From: the human T2T-CHM13v2.0 reference genome, Homo sapiens
Assembly (NCBI RefSeq): GCF_009914755.1
Contig: NC_060927.1
DNA: 64,000 nucleotides
Reading direction: 5' to 3' (one strand)
Every line of letters starts with the position of its first letter. Positions within the stretch are counted from its first letter, which is position 1. Shown piece after piece: positions 1-14,767 of the stretch. Position numbers and translations under genes: made by a program. Under the pieces are notes generated by a model that saw only the letters and a program-made list of their open reading frames with translations, did no database searches and had not been told where the DNA came from.

Positions 1-1652
1 ATCACTACAGATCAATCCATTCTTCTTTTTGCAAAGAAAATTCATTTTTTTAAAAAAGTGTGTTTTTCACCCAAATATGCTTTCTTTAACTCTTCTTGCA
101 CATTTAAGGCCGATTATCAGAGGATACTTGGAATCTGAACTTTTTTTAGACTGTATGTGAGGAAATAATGGAAAATATTTTAATTCCTTCACTATTAAAT
201 GGAGCACCAAACGTTCAAACTTTCCTCGCTATACTTTTAAGCATAATTTCTAAAGATAATTAGGATTTAGATTTAAGTATAGAAAAATCTATATGTTGCT
301 CTTTCTTTAAGAGGTGGTTAAGACACAATCATTGCTTTCCACGAGCTCATTCTAGTAGGGAATACAAATGAGAGCAATTAACCTCTCATCTGTGAGAGAA
401 AGGCTTGTATAGAGAGGTATGGGGAGCATAGAGGAAGAAGTAAGTTAGTTTACCTGGAGGGGTCATATCTGAATGGCTTTGAAGAGAGTAAAATTTCTCC
501 AGACAAAGGAACTATTATTCCAAGCAGATCTTTCTGAGCTTCTGTGAATTCAAAACACTTATTAGCTATACCACTTATTTGGCATCCCTGGACCACTCAT
601 ATTATTTCATTTCTCATGCCTTATGTCTTCAGCCAGATTCTAGGCTTCCTGGGGGTCAAAGACTGTGTTTCATATGTCATTGCATTGTTTCAGCACTGAC
701 TCTAGTGTTTCAAAATGTTTTGTATAGTTGGTACACAATTAATGTTTGTTGATTGACCACCTTAACATTTGAGAGGTGGAAGAAGGGCCTGTTGAGCCAG
801 AGTTTGAGGTGACTTTGGAATAATTTTTTAGGTTTCTTGATCAGTATTAAAGACCCATTGGATCTCTGAGAATAGCTTTATCTATAACATTTTCCCTTTT
901 TCCCCATTTTCATTACTACCCTCACTGGGGGTTCTCTGTGACTTCTCCCAGGGCCTGTTAGCCATCCTGATTACTTTTCCTCTCCCACAGGGTGCCTTTG
1001 ACCTTAAAGTTATTATTTTTCCTCTTTGGGCATCTGTTTTCTCATCAGTAAAATAACATGAAAGTAATCTTTAAGTTTCTTTCTAGCTCCAATATTCTGT
1101 GATGCCATTGTCCAGAATCTCTACTGAATGGGGGAGCAAATTATGTATCACATTTTTTGTTATAAAAATCAAATTGGTTTATTGAACAGATTCTGGAGAA
1201 TAAAACCTTCATTCAAGCCTCAGCCTTAGTGGTCATATTAGTATTGTGGTCTCTGTGGGTTTTTAATCAAAGAAAACTGTGGACATAGGAATGGTATCAT
1301 TTGTCAGTGTAAGCTGCAATGAAGAAATGCAAGGTAGAAAAAGATGACTGACATCATTAGACCCACTTTGACAAGTGTGATATTATTCTCAAAGTACTCC
1401 CGGGCATCTGAGTTATTTTTGTCTCCTGTGGGTCAGAGTCTGGGGCTTGTTCTCCTCCCCTGGTAAGATAGCTAGTTTAATGATGGCTCTGCCATCACTG
1501 AAGTACATTTGGTCTTAATAATGGGCTTAAATTTTTCTTGGTTCTGTTGGGAACTTCAGCTGTAACAAGGAAACTTAGTAGTAACGATACTTTGATGTGG
1601 GAAAAACTAAGCACCTTTTGCTGAAATCAGTTGCTCTCATCACTGACTTTGA

Positions 1653-2124
<472 letters not shown>

Positions 2125-3232
2125 CCTGCAATTTAATATTTAGTTCTCTACTGTCTAATATTATTAATCTGTTTTATGTGTGTTCATTTTGTCTCCTTAA
2201 ATAGATTATTTGCTTCTTGAAGGCAAGGAGTAATCTTTGTTGATTTCGTAATCCTAGTATCATTGGGTTGGCCCCAGAAACAGGATGGAGGAAGGAGTGA
2301 AAGAGTGTAAAAGACAACATTTATTGAATTCATACCCTTTACTAGGCACTGTGATATGTACCTTATATTTTATAAAAAAAATTTATAACAGCCTAAAGAT
2401 AGGAAATATCAGTTCCATCTCAGTCCTGAGGAGACTTGGCCTCAGAAAGGCTAGGTGGGGTGCCAGAGGCAGTGTGGATTCAGGCATATTTGGTATTAAG
2501 TCACCTCCATCTATGCCATTTACTTTTTGTGTAACCACAGTAAGTAACTTAGCCATTCTGAGTCTCAGTTTCAAGATGAGGGGGTGAGTGTAATACCTAC
2601 TCTGTTGGGTTCTTGTGAACCTTAGTAAGAAAGATAAGGTATTTAAGGGGCCTTTGAGTGCCTAGCACATAGAATATCTCTAAACAATACATATTTGACA
2701 ATAGAATGGACAGGATTTGCTACTGGATTGGTTATGATGCACAAGGAGAGAAGAGTAAAGCATGACTCCCAGGTGTCATCTTGAACACTTGAGAAGAGTA
2801 TATAATTCACAGAGAATATGGAATGCTAGAAGAAAAACAGGTATGGAAGGGAAATATTGAGTTTAATTATATGTTGAATAGGCAACTGAATTTATAAGTC
2901 TGGAGCTCAGAGGAGAGATCTGAAACAAAGATACAGTGTAAATCTTGGAGTTGTTGGCCTACGTGTGGTGACTGATGTTCTTAGATAGAAGAGAGAGAAA
3001 AGGCAAAGTAAGATGGCCTAAGTTCTGAAGAACTTCAACACCAGCAGACAGGTTGAAGAACCAGGAAACTAGTTTGACGAAAGCCAAAGGAAGAAAACAT
3101 TTCAAGACAGAATCATCTACACATGATGTCACTTTGTTCTCACCTTCCACTTACTCTTCAGCTCACTACAGTCTGGCTTCCGTACCATTCCCCTCAATTA
3201 CACTAAAATAGCTCTTTTTTAAAGGACCGTCA

Positions 3233-3541
3233 GGCTGGGAGCAGTGACTAAAGCCCGTAATCCTAGCACATTGGGAGGCCGAGGCAGGTGGATCACAAGG
3301 TCAGGAGATCATCGAGACCATCCTGGCTAACACAGTGAAACCTCGTCTCTACTAAAAAATACAAAAAATTAGCGGGGCATGGTGGCGGGCACCTGTAGTC
3401 CTAGCTACTCGGGAGACTGAGGCAGGAGAATGGTGTGAACCCGGGAGTCAGAGCTTTCAGTGAGCTGAGATGGCGCCACTGCACTCCAGCCTGGGCGACA
3501 AAGCGAGACTCTGTCTCAAAAAAAAAAAAAAAAAAAAAAAA
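3233..3541 (+). mobile_element. Alu (AluY-like)
   Basis: gagatc..gagaccatcctggctaacac and gagaatgg diagnostic positions; long A tail. Confidence 0.92.
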
Positions 3542-3545
3542 CATT

Positions 3546-3864
<319 letters not shown>

Positions 3865-5316
3865 TCATCCCCCAGTTGGACAGATTTGGTGGGTATTTCT
3901 CTATCTTCATTGAACTTGTTCTGTCGCCATCATTCAACAAAGTTGACCATTCCTTCTTCTTTCCCCCTACTTGGTGGCTGCTCTTTTTTAGTATCTTTTC
4001 ATCATCATTCCCCCAGTACCAGATCTCTAAGTGTTGGGATTTCTCAGGGCTCAAAACAGAGCCCTTAGTTGTTCTCTTTCTGTAAATTATTTTCTTGGGT
4101 GATTGCAGCCATCACCATAGATTTCATACCATCTTGGTCTTAATGACTTCCCAATTTTTACCTCCAGTAAGACCTATCCTTGAACTTCAAATATCTGCAT
4201 GACATCCCCACTTGCAGTTCTTATGTACGCATCCAAAACTGAACTCTTGAATTTTTCCTCCTTCAAACTCATCTCCTTCCCAGCACTTCCTTTCCATCTC
4301 AATAAATAGTACAACCATCAACCCAATCAAGCTAGAACCTTGGGGTCACTTTTGATACCTTCCCCTGCCATTCATGACATCTAACTTGACACTATGTCAA
4401 ATCTGTTATACCTTTAGAATTTATCTCATGTCATCCATTTCTCCTAGGCCAGGTCACCATCAGTGTGACCTACAGTCTTGAAATTACTTCCTATCTTAAA
4501 GCTTTCAGCCTTGCTTTCCTATAAATCTTTCTCTATACAGCAGGGAAAGAGATCTCCTAAAAATGTAAACTTGATAGGGCATGTATGAGTGGAAGATAAA
4601 ATTAAGCATTTTCACATTAAAAGACAGATTCTTGTTGGCTCCTTCAGAGTATTACAGCAGGTCAGGGGGTGGCTTAGAAGAGAACCCAGGTGTTCTGAGA
4701 ACCAGTCCAGAGCTCCAGAAGGACATCCTCACTAATAGGATTCCAAGTGACATTTTCACAAAGTTAAATGAGAATAAAGCACATGGCTTTTCTGTTATTC
4801 TGTTAGTTATAAGACTTTTGCTACTAGATTATATTATAAAATTCATTTGTGATCATCAGCTTCTGCTTGTTTGTGATTTTAATTCACTACGTAAAATACA
4901 TTCATATAACTAAAGGAAACTATATCTAAAAAACTAAAGGAAATATGAGAATGATGTCTCCCCAAATAAGGAGAGAGAGTGAATGAGAATGAGTGTGTGT
5001 GTGTAACTCTCTCCATATATAGTAGAAGTTTTGCAGTTTAAAAGTTAGTAACAAATGAAAAATTTACTAGAGAGGTTAAATAGATTTAAGCAGGAAAAAA
5101 AATGAACTTGAAAATAGATCAGTTGAGATTATACAATCTGGGGAACAGAAAGAAAAAAATGTACAGAGCCTCAAGGACCTGTAGAGCACCATCAAGTATA
5201 CCAACATAAACAATGAGAGTCCCAGAAGGAGAAAGGAAAATAGGAGCAGAGAGAATATTTGAAGAAACAATGACAGGAACCTCCCCACACTGATGAAATA
5301 CAAGAATTTATTCATC

Positions 5317-6300
5317 CAGAGGTGGAGAAATAGGAACACTTTTACACTGTTGGTGGGACTGTAAACTAGTTCAACCATTGTGGAAGACAGTGTGGCGATT
5401 CCTCAAGGATCTAGAACTAGAAGTACCATTTGACTCAGCCATCCCATTACTGGGTATATACCCAAAGGATTATAAATCATGCTGCTATAAAGACACATGC
5501 ACACGTATGTTTATTGCGGCACTATTCACAATAGCAAAGACTTGGAACCTTGGAACCAGCCCAAATGTCCATCAATGATAGACTGGATTAAGAAAATGTG
5601 GCACATAATGGCCGGGTGCGGTGGCTAATGCTTGTAATCCCAGCACTTTGGGAGGCCAAGATGGGTGGATAACGAGGTCAGGAGATCAAGACCATCCTGG
5701 CTAACACGGTGAAACCCCTTCTCTACTAAAAATACAAAAAGTTGGCCGGGTGTGGTGGCGCACGCCTGTAGTCCTAGCTACTCGGGAGGCTGAGGCAGGA
5801 GAATGGTGTGAACCCACAAGGCGGAGCTTGCAGTGAGCCAAGATCACACCACTGCACTCCAGCCTGGGCGACAGAGTGAGACTCCATCTCAACAAAAAAA
5901 AAAAAAAAGAAAGAAAAAAGAAAATGTGGCACATATACACCATGGAATACTATGCAGCCATAAAAAAGGATGAGTTCATGTCCTTTGTAGGGACATGGAT
6001 GAAGCTGGAAACCATCATTCTCAGCAAACTCTCGCAAGGACAGAAAACCAAACCCCACATGTTCTCACTCATAGGTGGGAATTGAACAATGAGAACACTT
6101 GGACACAGAGTGGGGAACATCACACACCAGGGCCTGTTGTGGGGTGGAGGAAGTGGGGAGGGATAGCATTAGGAGATATACCTAATGTAAATGACCCATG
6201 TAATGGGTGCAGCATACCAGCATGGCACATGTATACATATGTAACAAACCGGCATGTTGTGCACATGTACCCTAGAACTTAGAAAGTATAATTAAAAAAA
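5317..6300 (+). mobile_element. 5'-truncated L1PA (young primate L1) 3' end inserted in the older L1
   Basis: L1PA ORF2 end and 3' UTR (gtgcacatgtaccctagaactta); 15-bp TSD aagaatttattcatc at 5302-5316 and 6301-6315. Confidence 0.93.
5610..5917 (+). mobile_element. AluY-like element inserted in the L1PA
   Basis: 18-bp TSD aagaaaatgtggcacata at 5590-5607 and 5918-5935. Confidence 0.93.
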
Positions 6301-7140
6301 AAGAATTTATTCATCTGAGAAGATCAATGAACTCTAAGTAGGATACATTTTTGAAAGTTTGAACACACCATAATCAAACTGTTGAAAGCCAAACCCAAAG
6401 TCAGTCTTGAAAGTAGCAAAAGAGAAGTGAGTCATCATGTAGAAGAGATCTTAAAAAGATTAACAGCTTATTCTCATCAGAAACCATGGAGACCAGAGGC
6501 AGTGGGATGACACATTCAAAATGCTAAGAGAAAAAGACTATCAGCAAAGAATTCTGTTTCTAACAACATTTTTCTTCAAAAGTGAAGGAGAAATTAAAAC
6601 ATTCCTAGATGTACAAAAAAATGAGAGATTGTTGCTAGCAGTAGTTATAAATTTGTGTCAGTGGGCATACAATATATAAAAATACTTATATGATAATAGC
6701 ACAAAGGATGTAGGGTGAGGAGGGAATGGAACTATATAGGAAGAAAATTTTTGTAAACTATTGTAATTGGTATCAATCCAAACAAGTTTGTTACAAATTA
6801 ATATGTTAATTGTAATTCCCTAGACAACCACTAAGAAAGTAACTTTTTAAAAAAAGTAAATAAATGACAAAGGTATTTAAATGGTATAGTAGAAAATGCA
6901 AATTTAGCACAAAAGAGATTAATGGAGGAATAGGGGAATAAAAAATTAAGATATAGGGAAAACAAGCAACAAAATGTCAGATGTAACTCCTACCTTAATA
7001 ATTACATTAAATGAAATTAGATTAAACACTTAAAAAACAGAATGACAGAACGTATTTTAAAAGAACATGATTCAACTATATGCTGTCTACAAGAGTTACA
7101 CATTAAAGTCATTAAAGTCACAAATAGGTTAAAAGCAAAA

Positions 7141-7142
<2 letters not shown>

Positions 7143-7173
<31 letters not shown>
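7143..7173. repeat. (TA)n microsatellite
   Basis: About 15 AT units. Confidence 0.95.
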
Positions 7174-7175
<2 letters not shown>

Positions 7176-7974
7176 GCAAATAGTAACCAAAAGAGAGTTG
7201 GAATGACTGTGCCAATATTAGACAAAATAGACATTAGATAAAAATTGCTACCAGAGACAAAGAAGAGCATGATATATTGATAAAAGATCACTCTATCAAG
7301 AAGATGTAACAATTATGATCATATACGCACCTAATAACAGAGCTTCAACATACATGAAGTAAAAATGGACAGAATTGAAGGGAAAAATTGACAATTCAAC
7401 AATAACACTTTAAGACTTCAGTACTTCACCTTCAATTATGGATAGATTATCTAGACAGAATATCAACAAGGAAATAGAGGATTTGAACAACACCAAAGCC
7501 AACTAGACCTAAGAAATATCTATAGAACACCCAACAATAGTAGAATGCCTATTCTTCTCAAGGGCACATGGAACATTCTTTAAGATGGATCATATGTTGG
7601 TCCATAAAGCAAATCTCAATAGATTTTAAAGGATTGAAATCATACAAAATATGTTCTCCAACTGCAATAGGATGAAATTAGAAATGAGTAACAGAAGGAA
7701 ATTTGAGAAATTCACAAATATATGGAAATTAAACAACACTCTTACACAACCAATGAGTCAAAGCAGGGAAGTTTGAAAATACTCTGAAATTAATGAAAAC
7801 AAACATACCATATTGAAATCTGTGCTATAGGTAAAAGCATTGCCTAGAGGGAAATTTATAGCTATACTTGCCTATATTGAAAAAGAAGGAAGATTTGAAA
7901 ATTAATAACCTAACTCTCCATCTTAAAAAAAAATAAGAGAAAACTAAATTCAAAGCAATCAATGAAAAAAGGTA

Positions 7975-8330
<356 letters not shown>

Positions 8331-11269
8331 CTAAATAAGTGGAAAGACATTGTTAAGATAGCAATCTATGTCAAAGTGGATTTGATATGGATTACATTGA
8401 ACCTGTGCAGTTTTTTATTGCAGAAATTGACAAGCTAATTTTAAAATCATATGGAAATCCTAGGGATCCAGAATAGCCAGAACAATCTGAAAAAGGACAA
8501 CTGGAGAATTCCCATTTCCTGATTTCAAGTTACTACAAAGCTTGATAATAAAGTGATCAAAATGGTATAGTACTGGCATAAGGATAGACATATAGATTAA
8601 AGAAATAGAATTGACAGTCCAGAAATAAACCCATAATGTACGGCCAATTTATATTTGACAAGAGTGCCAAAATAATTCGATGAAGGAACAAGAGTCAACA
8701 AAAGGTGCTGGGGCAACTGCATATTCACATGCAAAAGAATGAGATTGGAACCCTATCTCATACTATATACAAAAATTAAAATGGATTTACAAACTAAGTG
8801 TAAGAACTAAAACTGTAAGAAACCTGAAGAACATATTAAATCTTAGTGACCTTGGATTAGATAATAGTTTCTTAGATATGATACCAAAAGCACAAGCAAT
8901 AAAAGAAAAATAGAAATATTAAATTTCATCAAGATTGAAATTATGTTCTTCATGGGATACTATCAGTAAAGTGAAAAGACAACCCACAAAATGGGAAAAA
9001 ATATTTGCAAATCATATATCTGATATATGTAAATAGTAGACAGAATATATAAAGAGCTCTTATAACTCAACCACAACAAAAAACCCATGAAAAAATGACA
9101 TGGGATTTAAATAGACATTTCTCTAAAGAACTTGTACAAATGGCCATGAACATCTACGTGTCAAGTAGATGAAAAGATACTCAGCATCATTTACCATCAG
9201 GATGATGCAAATCAAAACCACTACGAGATACTATTTCACACCCCTTGTCATTGTTATAATAAAAAAGATGGACAATAACAAGTGTTGGTGAAGAAGTGAA
9301 GAAATGGGAATCCTCATACACCACTACTGGGAATGCAAAATGTTGAAGCCACTTTAGAAACCAGTTTGTCAATTCCTTAGAAGATTAAATCTAGAGTTAC
9401 CATATGATCCAGACATTTTGCTCTTCAGTGTATAACCAAGAGAACTGAAGATATATATCCACGCAAAAACTTGTACGTGAAAAATTCTCATGACAGCATG
9501 GTTCATATTAGTCTAAAGTGGAACAAACCCAAGTGTCCACTAACTGATCAATGTATAAATAAAATATGGTATATCTATGCAATGGAATATTAGTATTCAA
9601 CCAGAAAAAGGAATGAAGTATTGACACAGGACACAACATAGATAAACCTTTAAAACATTATGCTAAGTGAGAGAACCCGGGCACAAAAGACCACACATTG
9701 AATGATTTCATTTATATGAAATGTCCAGAATAGGCAAATTTACAGAGACAAAATAAATTAGTGATTGTCGGAGGCTGGGTAAAGGAGGGATATGCTATGA
9801 CTGCTGTTGGGCACTTGGTTTCTATTTGGGATGATTAAAATTTCTAGAATTAGATAGTGGTGACAATTACACAACTTGTGAATATCCAAACACTGATTCT
9901 CACATTTTAAAAAGGTTAATTTTATAGTATGTGAATTCTATCTTAATGTCTTTAAAAAAGGGATACAAGGAAGAAAAGTATAGAGATCTGAGAAGAAAAT
10001 GGAGGTAAATTACTTCTATGGCCCTTAAGCATGTTAGACTATAGTGTAAACATCCCTCATAGAGGAATATTTACAGAGGTGAGACTGAATTGGAGGTGTT
10101 ATTGGGACAGTATATTTGTGGAGATGTATCCAGTTCCTTTTAGGATGTTGGCACAATCACTAGGAAGGCATTTAACAGCAATGTCCAGTTGCCTGGGGGA
10201 TACAGGGATTAGTCAGACACAGTCTCTGCAATTTAGCCTAGCAACTAGTTGTTAAGATAGAATGCTACAAGGCAGAGTGTGATCAGAGTTATCGAATGAT
10301 GCAAGTGATAAGAGGTAAAGGAAAAATGAGAAATCATGTATGATTGGACAGTCAGAGAAAGTGTTTTAAAGGAGGACATGAGGATTCTATTTTAACCTTG
10401 AAGGATAGAGCAGAATTTGGTGCATGAAATTTGGCGCATTTTGGTACATGAAAATGGTGCAGAAATGGGCTTTTTAAAAGACCAGGTAAAGTGATGGTTT
10501 TGTTTTAGAAATACTACCAGCAAGCCAAATACCCAGCCACAGTTCCAAACCTGCTTAAAGCCTATCATTGCTAATTCATTTGCCATTCTTAGGTCTCTTA
10601 AGAATAATAAATATTATTCAGATATGTCGGTTTTGTTCAGTGTAGTTTTTGCAGGGATCTGGAAACTCCATGGACACTTTATGTTTTCAATGAGTCAGGC
10701 AATAACAGAATAACTGAATGAATATGTGGGTAAATGGTGACAATGTGTCATGAAACAAGGATTATTATGATCCGATTTTGTGCATTGCCCATTAAAACAT
10801 GGAATAAAAAGAGAATGGCAATAAATCTCATTCTCTTTTGATTGCCCCCAACTAAAGCTGATCTTCATTTCTGTCATTTATTCCTCATTTTTAGCCTCCC
10901 TTTCTTTTCCAGATTAGGCCCTGAACCATTGTTTTGCTATATCTTAACGCATGGTCTTCAGAATAATGTGATATAATCAGGCCATATTCCTTCAATTTAT
11001 TGTTTCTTCTTCATAAAGTAGATGACTGAGAGTTGTTTTCTTTGAGATGTTTTTAAATGAGCAAGTCATGGAACTCAGATGGCTTTATGCTTAGTTTTTT
11101 GTTAAACCACAGAGATTTAGAAGATCGTTTGTTACTGGATCATAACAGCCTATTCTGATTGATACAGACATATAATGAACTACTCAATAACAATAGTAGG
11201 AGCCAGAAGGACTGAAATGGTATTTCCAAAGTGATGAGAGAAAATAACTGACAACCCAGAATTATATCA

Positions 11270-11500
11270 TAGTAATTATGAACACTTATTTAGAATTTAC
11301 AGTGTGCCAGATACAGTTCTACAAGCTTTACCTATGTATTTGGTTAATCTCCACAGCAACCCTCTAAGATAGGTACTATAATTGTCCTCATTTTATAGAT
11401 GAAAAAACAGAAGACTAGAGAAGTTCTGTGAACTTCTAAGGTCCACAGTTAGTACCTGGCAGAACTGGAATTCAAACTCAGGCAGTCTGCCCCAGACCAC
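11270..11500 (-). mobile_element. MIR
   Basis: MIR core cattttatagatgaaaaaacagaagact...ggaattcaaactcaggcagtctg. Confidence 0.75.
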
Positions 11501-11797
11501 TAATGTAAAACAGTCTTTCAAGAATCAGGATGAAATAAAATTTATTATATAACAGAGCTTTGTTTAAGGAACTTAAGGAATAAGGAAGATAATCCCAGAA
11601 GGAAAATCTAAGATGTAAAAAAGAAAGGCAAGCAAAGAAGTGAGTGAGCTTTTCTGTATGTCAAGATGAACATTGTTTGTATGAAATAATAATACATAAT
11701 TATGGAATTTAAAAAGACAATTAAAATTCTGGATTTTAGCAATAGATGTCAGTCTAAAGGGGGATGATTGCAGTAAAGTATTCCAAAGCCTTGCATC

Positions 11798-11932
11798 TCA
11801 GTAGCATTGTATTACTTGAGACTTAGTGATGCAAAATGTCAGGATCGCCCCATTACTTACTAATTGAAATCTGCATTTGAACACATTTCCCAGGTGATTC
11901 ATATTTACATTAAAGATTGAGAAACCCGCTTC
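11798..11932. mobile_element. MER5-like hAT MITE
   Basis: aatctgcatttgaacacatttcccaggtgattc...ttaaagattgagaaacc. Confidence 0.65.
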
Positions 11933-12419
11933 CAAGGTCCTGGAATTGTTTGGGATGGGAATTGTGATATCAGTTAACTTCAAGCTTGGTCACAGTCAAC
12001 AATATAATTTCAAGAATAACCCCTGAAAGAAAAGAAATAGCATGTATAAAACTTCCAAATCAGTCCAAGGCAAAACTGGACTCAAAATATTAACAAATAA
12101 AAAAAGAAGTGGCCAGGAAAAGAAAGAAGTTCAGGGCAAATGAAAAAGGCACAGTCGAGTTCAGGCATAACAAAATTCCAATAAGTGTGAGTAGCCAAAA
12201 TTTGCCAGTTAAAAGAGATTGTCAAATAGAATTTTAAAATAATCCAATTATATGATTTTTAGAAATAACATATAAAACACAGAGCATGAAAGTGAAAATA
12301 TCAAAACAAGATATATCAGGCAAACACTAAACATAAGGATGTTGGGGTAACAATAATACTTAAATAAAGCTTGGAAAAAAGAATGCTAGAGTAGTTACAT
12401 TAATGTCAGACTACAGATA

Positions 12420-12567
<148 letters not shown>

Positions 12568-12839
12568 AGACAAAATATGTGTAAGGCAAAAAGGTTAAAC
12601 TTAGGCTTAATTTTAAAATAGCCTCAAAATAAATAAAGCAAAATTGATAGGCCTACAGGGAGAAATTTGCAAATGCTATATATTTGCTAGATGTCAGTAC
12701 ATTCTTTCTTATTTGAAGGCCAAGCATCAAAAAATCAGTAAAGATATAGGACATTTGAGCAATGTGATTAATATGTATGATCTAGTGGGCACATATACAG
12801 GGCTGTACCCAACAATTAGAGAACATACCTCCGTTTTAA

Positions 12840-13168
<329 letters not shown>

Positions 13169-13748
13169 CATGTGAAACATTTTTCAAAACAAAATAACAA
13201 AACTTAGCGAAGAGGGAAGAGATGGTGGTGATTAGATGAGCATTAACTTGATTCTTTTTGACAATCTTTTCTTGAGCATTAGTAGCGCTAAGTGAGCACA
13301 ATACATGTAATCACTGTTTCTGAAGCCTTAATCATCCCTTTGAAACCCATCCATTTTTTCCACTTGCAGACCATGCCATGAGTTGAGAGGGAACTGCCTG
13401 TGTCTTTGACAATATAACTGAATGTACGAGCAATCTGATTTCACCTGTTCATCAACTCTAAATTAGAAGAATGTCAACTCATGCAGTGGCTACAGTATTA
13501 GACAAGGACTTTGCATCTAGTCACTGGAGTAGGAGGAATAGAGATTTTTGAATTCTGGGCAGAACCTTTTCTTCAGCATTTTTGAGCCTGCTGAAGTCAT
13601 TTTTGGCCTTTCCAAATATATCTTACCCTTACATGGCGAGAAGTAACCTTGATCTCCTCTAAGTCACTATAGTCTTTTATCTATGCGCCATGGTTGGCAC
13701 ATAGTGGACATCTAACAAATGTTTGAATGATGGAATAGGAAGAAAAGA

Positions 13749-13848
13749 TTTTCTTTCCTTTTCAGGGGCTACCTAGGACAAACACCACTAGAAGGTATGG
13801 ATCTTCTAGTGGTGTTTGTCCTAGGTAGCCCCTGAAAAGGAAAGAAAA
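13749..13848. repeat. Perfect 46-bp inverted repeat with 8-nt spacer
   Basis: 13749-13794 (ttttctttccttttcaggggctacctaggacaaacaccactagaag) is the exact reverse complement of 13803-13848. Spacer is gtatggat. Confidence 0.98.
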
Positions 13849-14210
13849 CCTGACATCAGAAGACAACCATGCTCTAGGGCAACTCCGGTGCTTTGTAAAG
13901 AAGGAGAACATCAGAAACAATGTATAATATTCTCAAAGACCCTTAGCTGCAGAATTCATATGGTGTCACTTGAAGATTTTTCTCTCTTAAGATTTCAGGA
14001 GAACACAGGCAGTTCCAGGAGACACAGGCAGTTCCGTCTCAATTCACGGCAAGGTCTGCAGGAGAACACATAGACTCTGTTGTACTTGAGGGAAGATTTT
14101 TCTAGCCTAGCCTGAAGGGAGGCCACATGTTATCCCAGACCCACCTTGCCACCTTAGTAGACACTATAAACTCATACAACTCCTAGAGTGTAACACTGGA
14201 AATGATTTGT

Positions 14211-14767
14211 TGTATTAGTTTTCTATTGCTACATAACAACACCTATTTATTAACTCACAGTTCCATAGGTCAGTAGTCTACACAGGGATCTTCTTAGAAT
14301 CTCACAAGGGTAGGAATCAAGGTGTCAGCTGGGCTGAGTTCTTATCTGGAGACACTGGGGAAAAAAATCTGTTTCCAAGCTCATTCTTGTTGGCAGAATT
14401 GGGTTTCTTGTGGTTATAGGACTAAGATCCCTGTTTCCGTGATAGCTTTTAGCCAGGGGCCACTCCCAGTTCCTCCAGGCTGCCTGCATTCTTTGACATG
14501 TGGCCTTCTCAATCTTTAACCCAGCAATGGTACATCAAATCCTTCTCATGCTTCAGATCTCTTCCTCTTCCGTCTCCAGCTGGAGAAAACTCTCTGCTTT
14601 TAAAGGGCTGTGTAATTAGATGAGGCCCACCTGGATAATCTCCCTATTTTATAGTCAAATCTGTCTTGTAATAACTTATTCATGAGAATAAAATCCATTA
14701 TATTCAACAATCCTGGGATTGTGGGGGTGGGGGAATCTGGGACCATTTTGAAACTCTGCCTATCACA
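14211..14767 (-). mobile_element. MLT1 (MaLR) solo LTR
   Basis: TG...CA termini (tgtattagtt...ctgcctatcaca); 5-bp TSD tttgt at 14206-14210 and 14768-14772. Confidence 0.85.
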
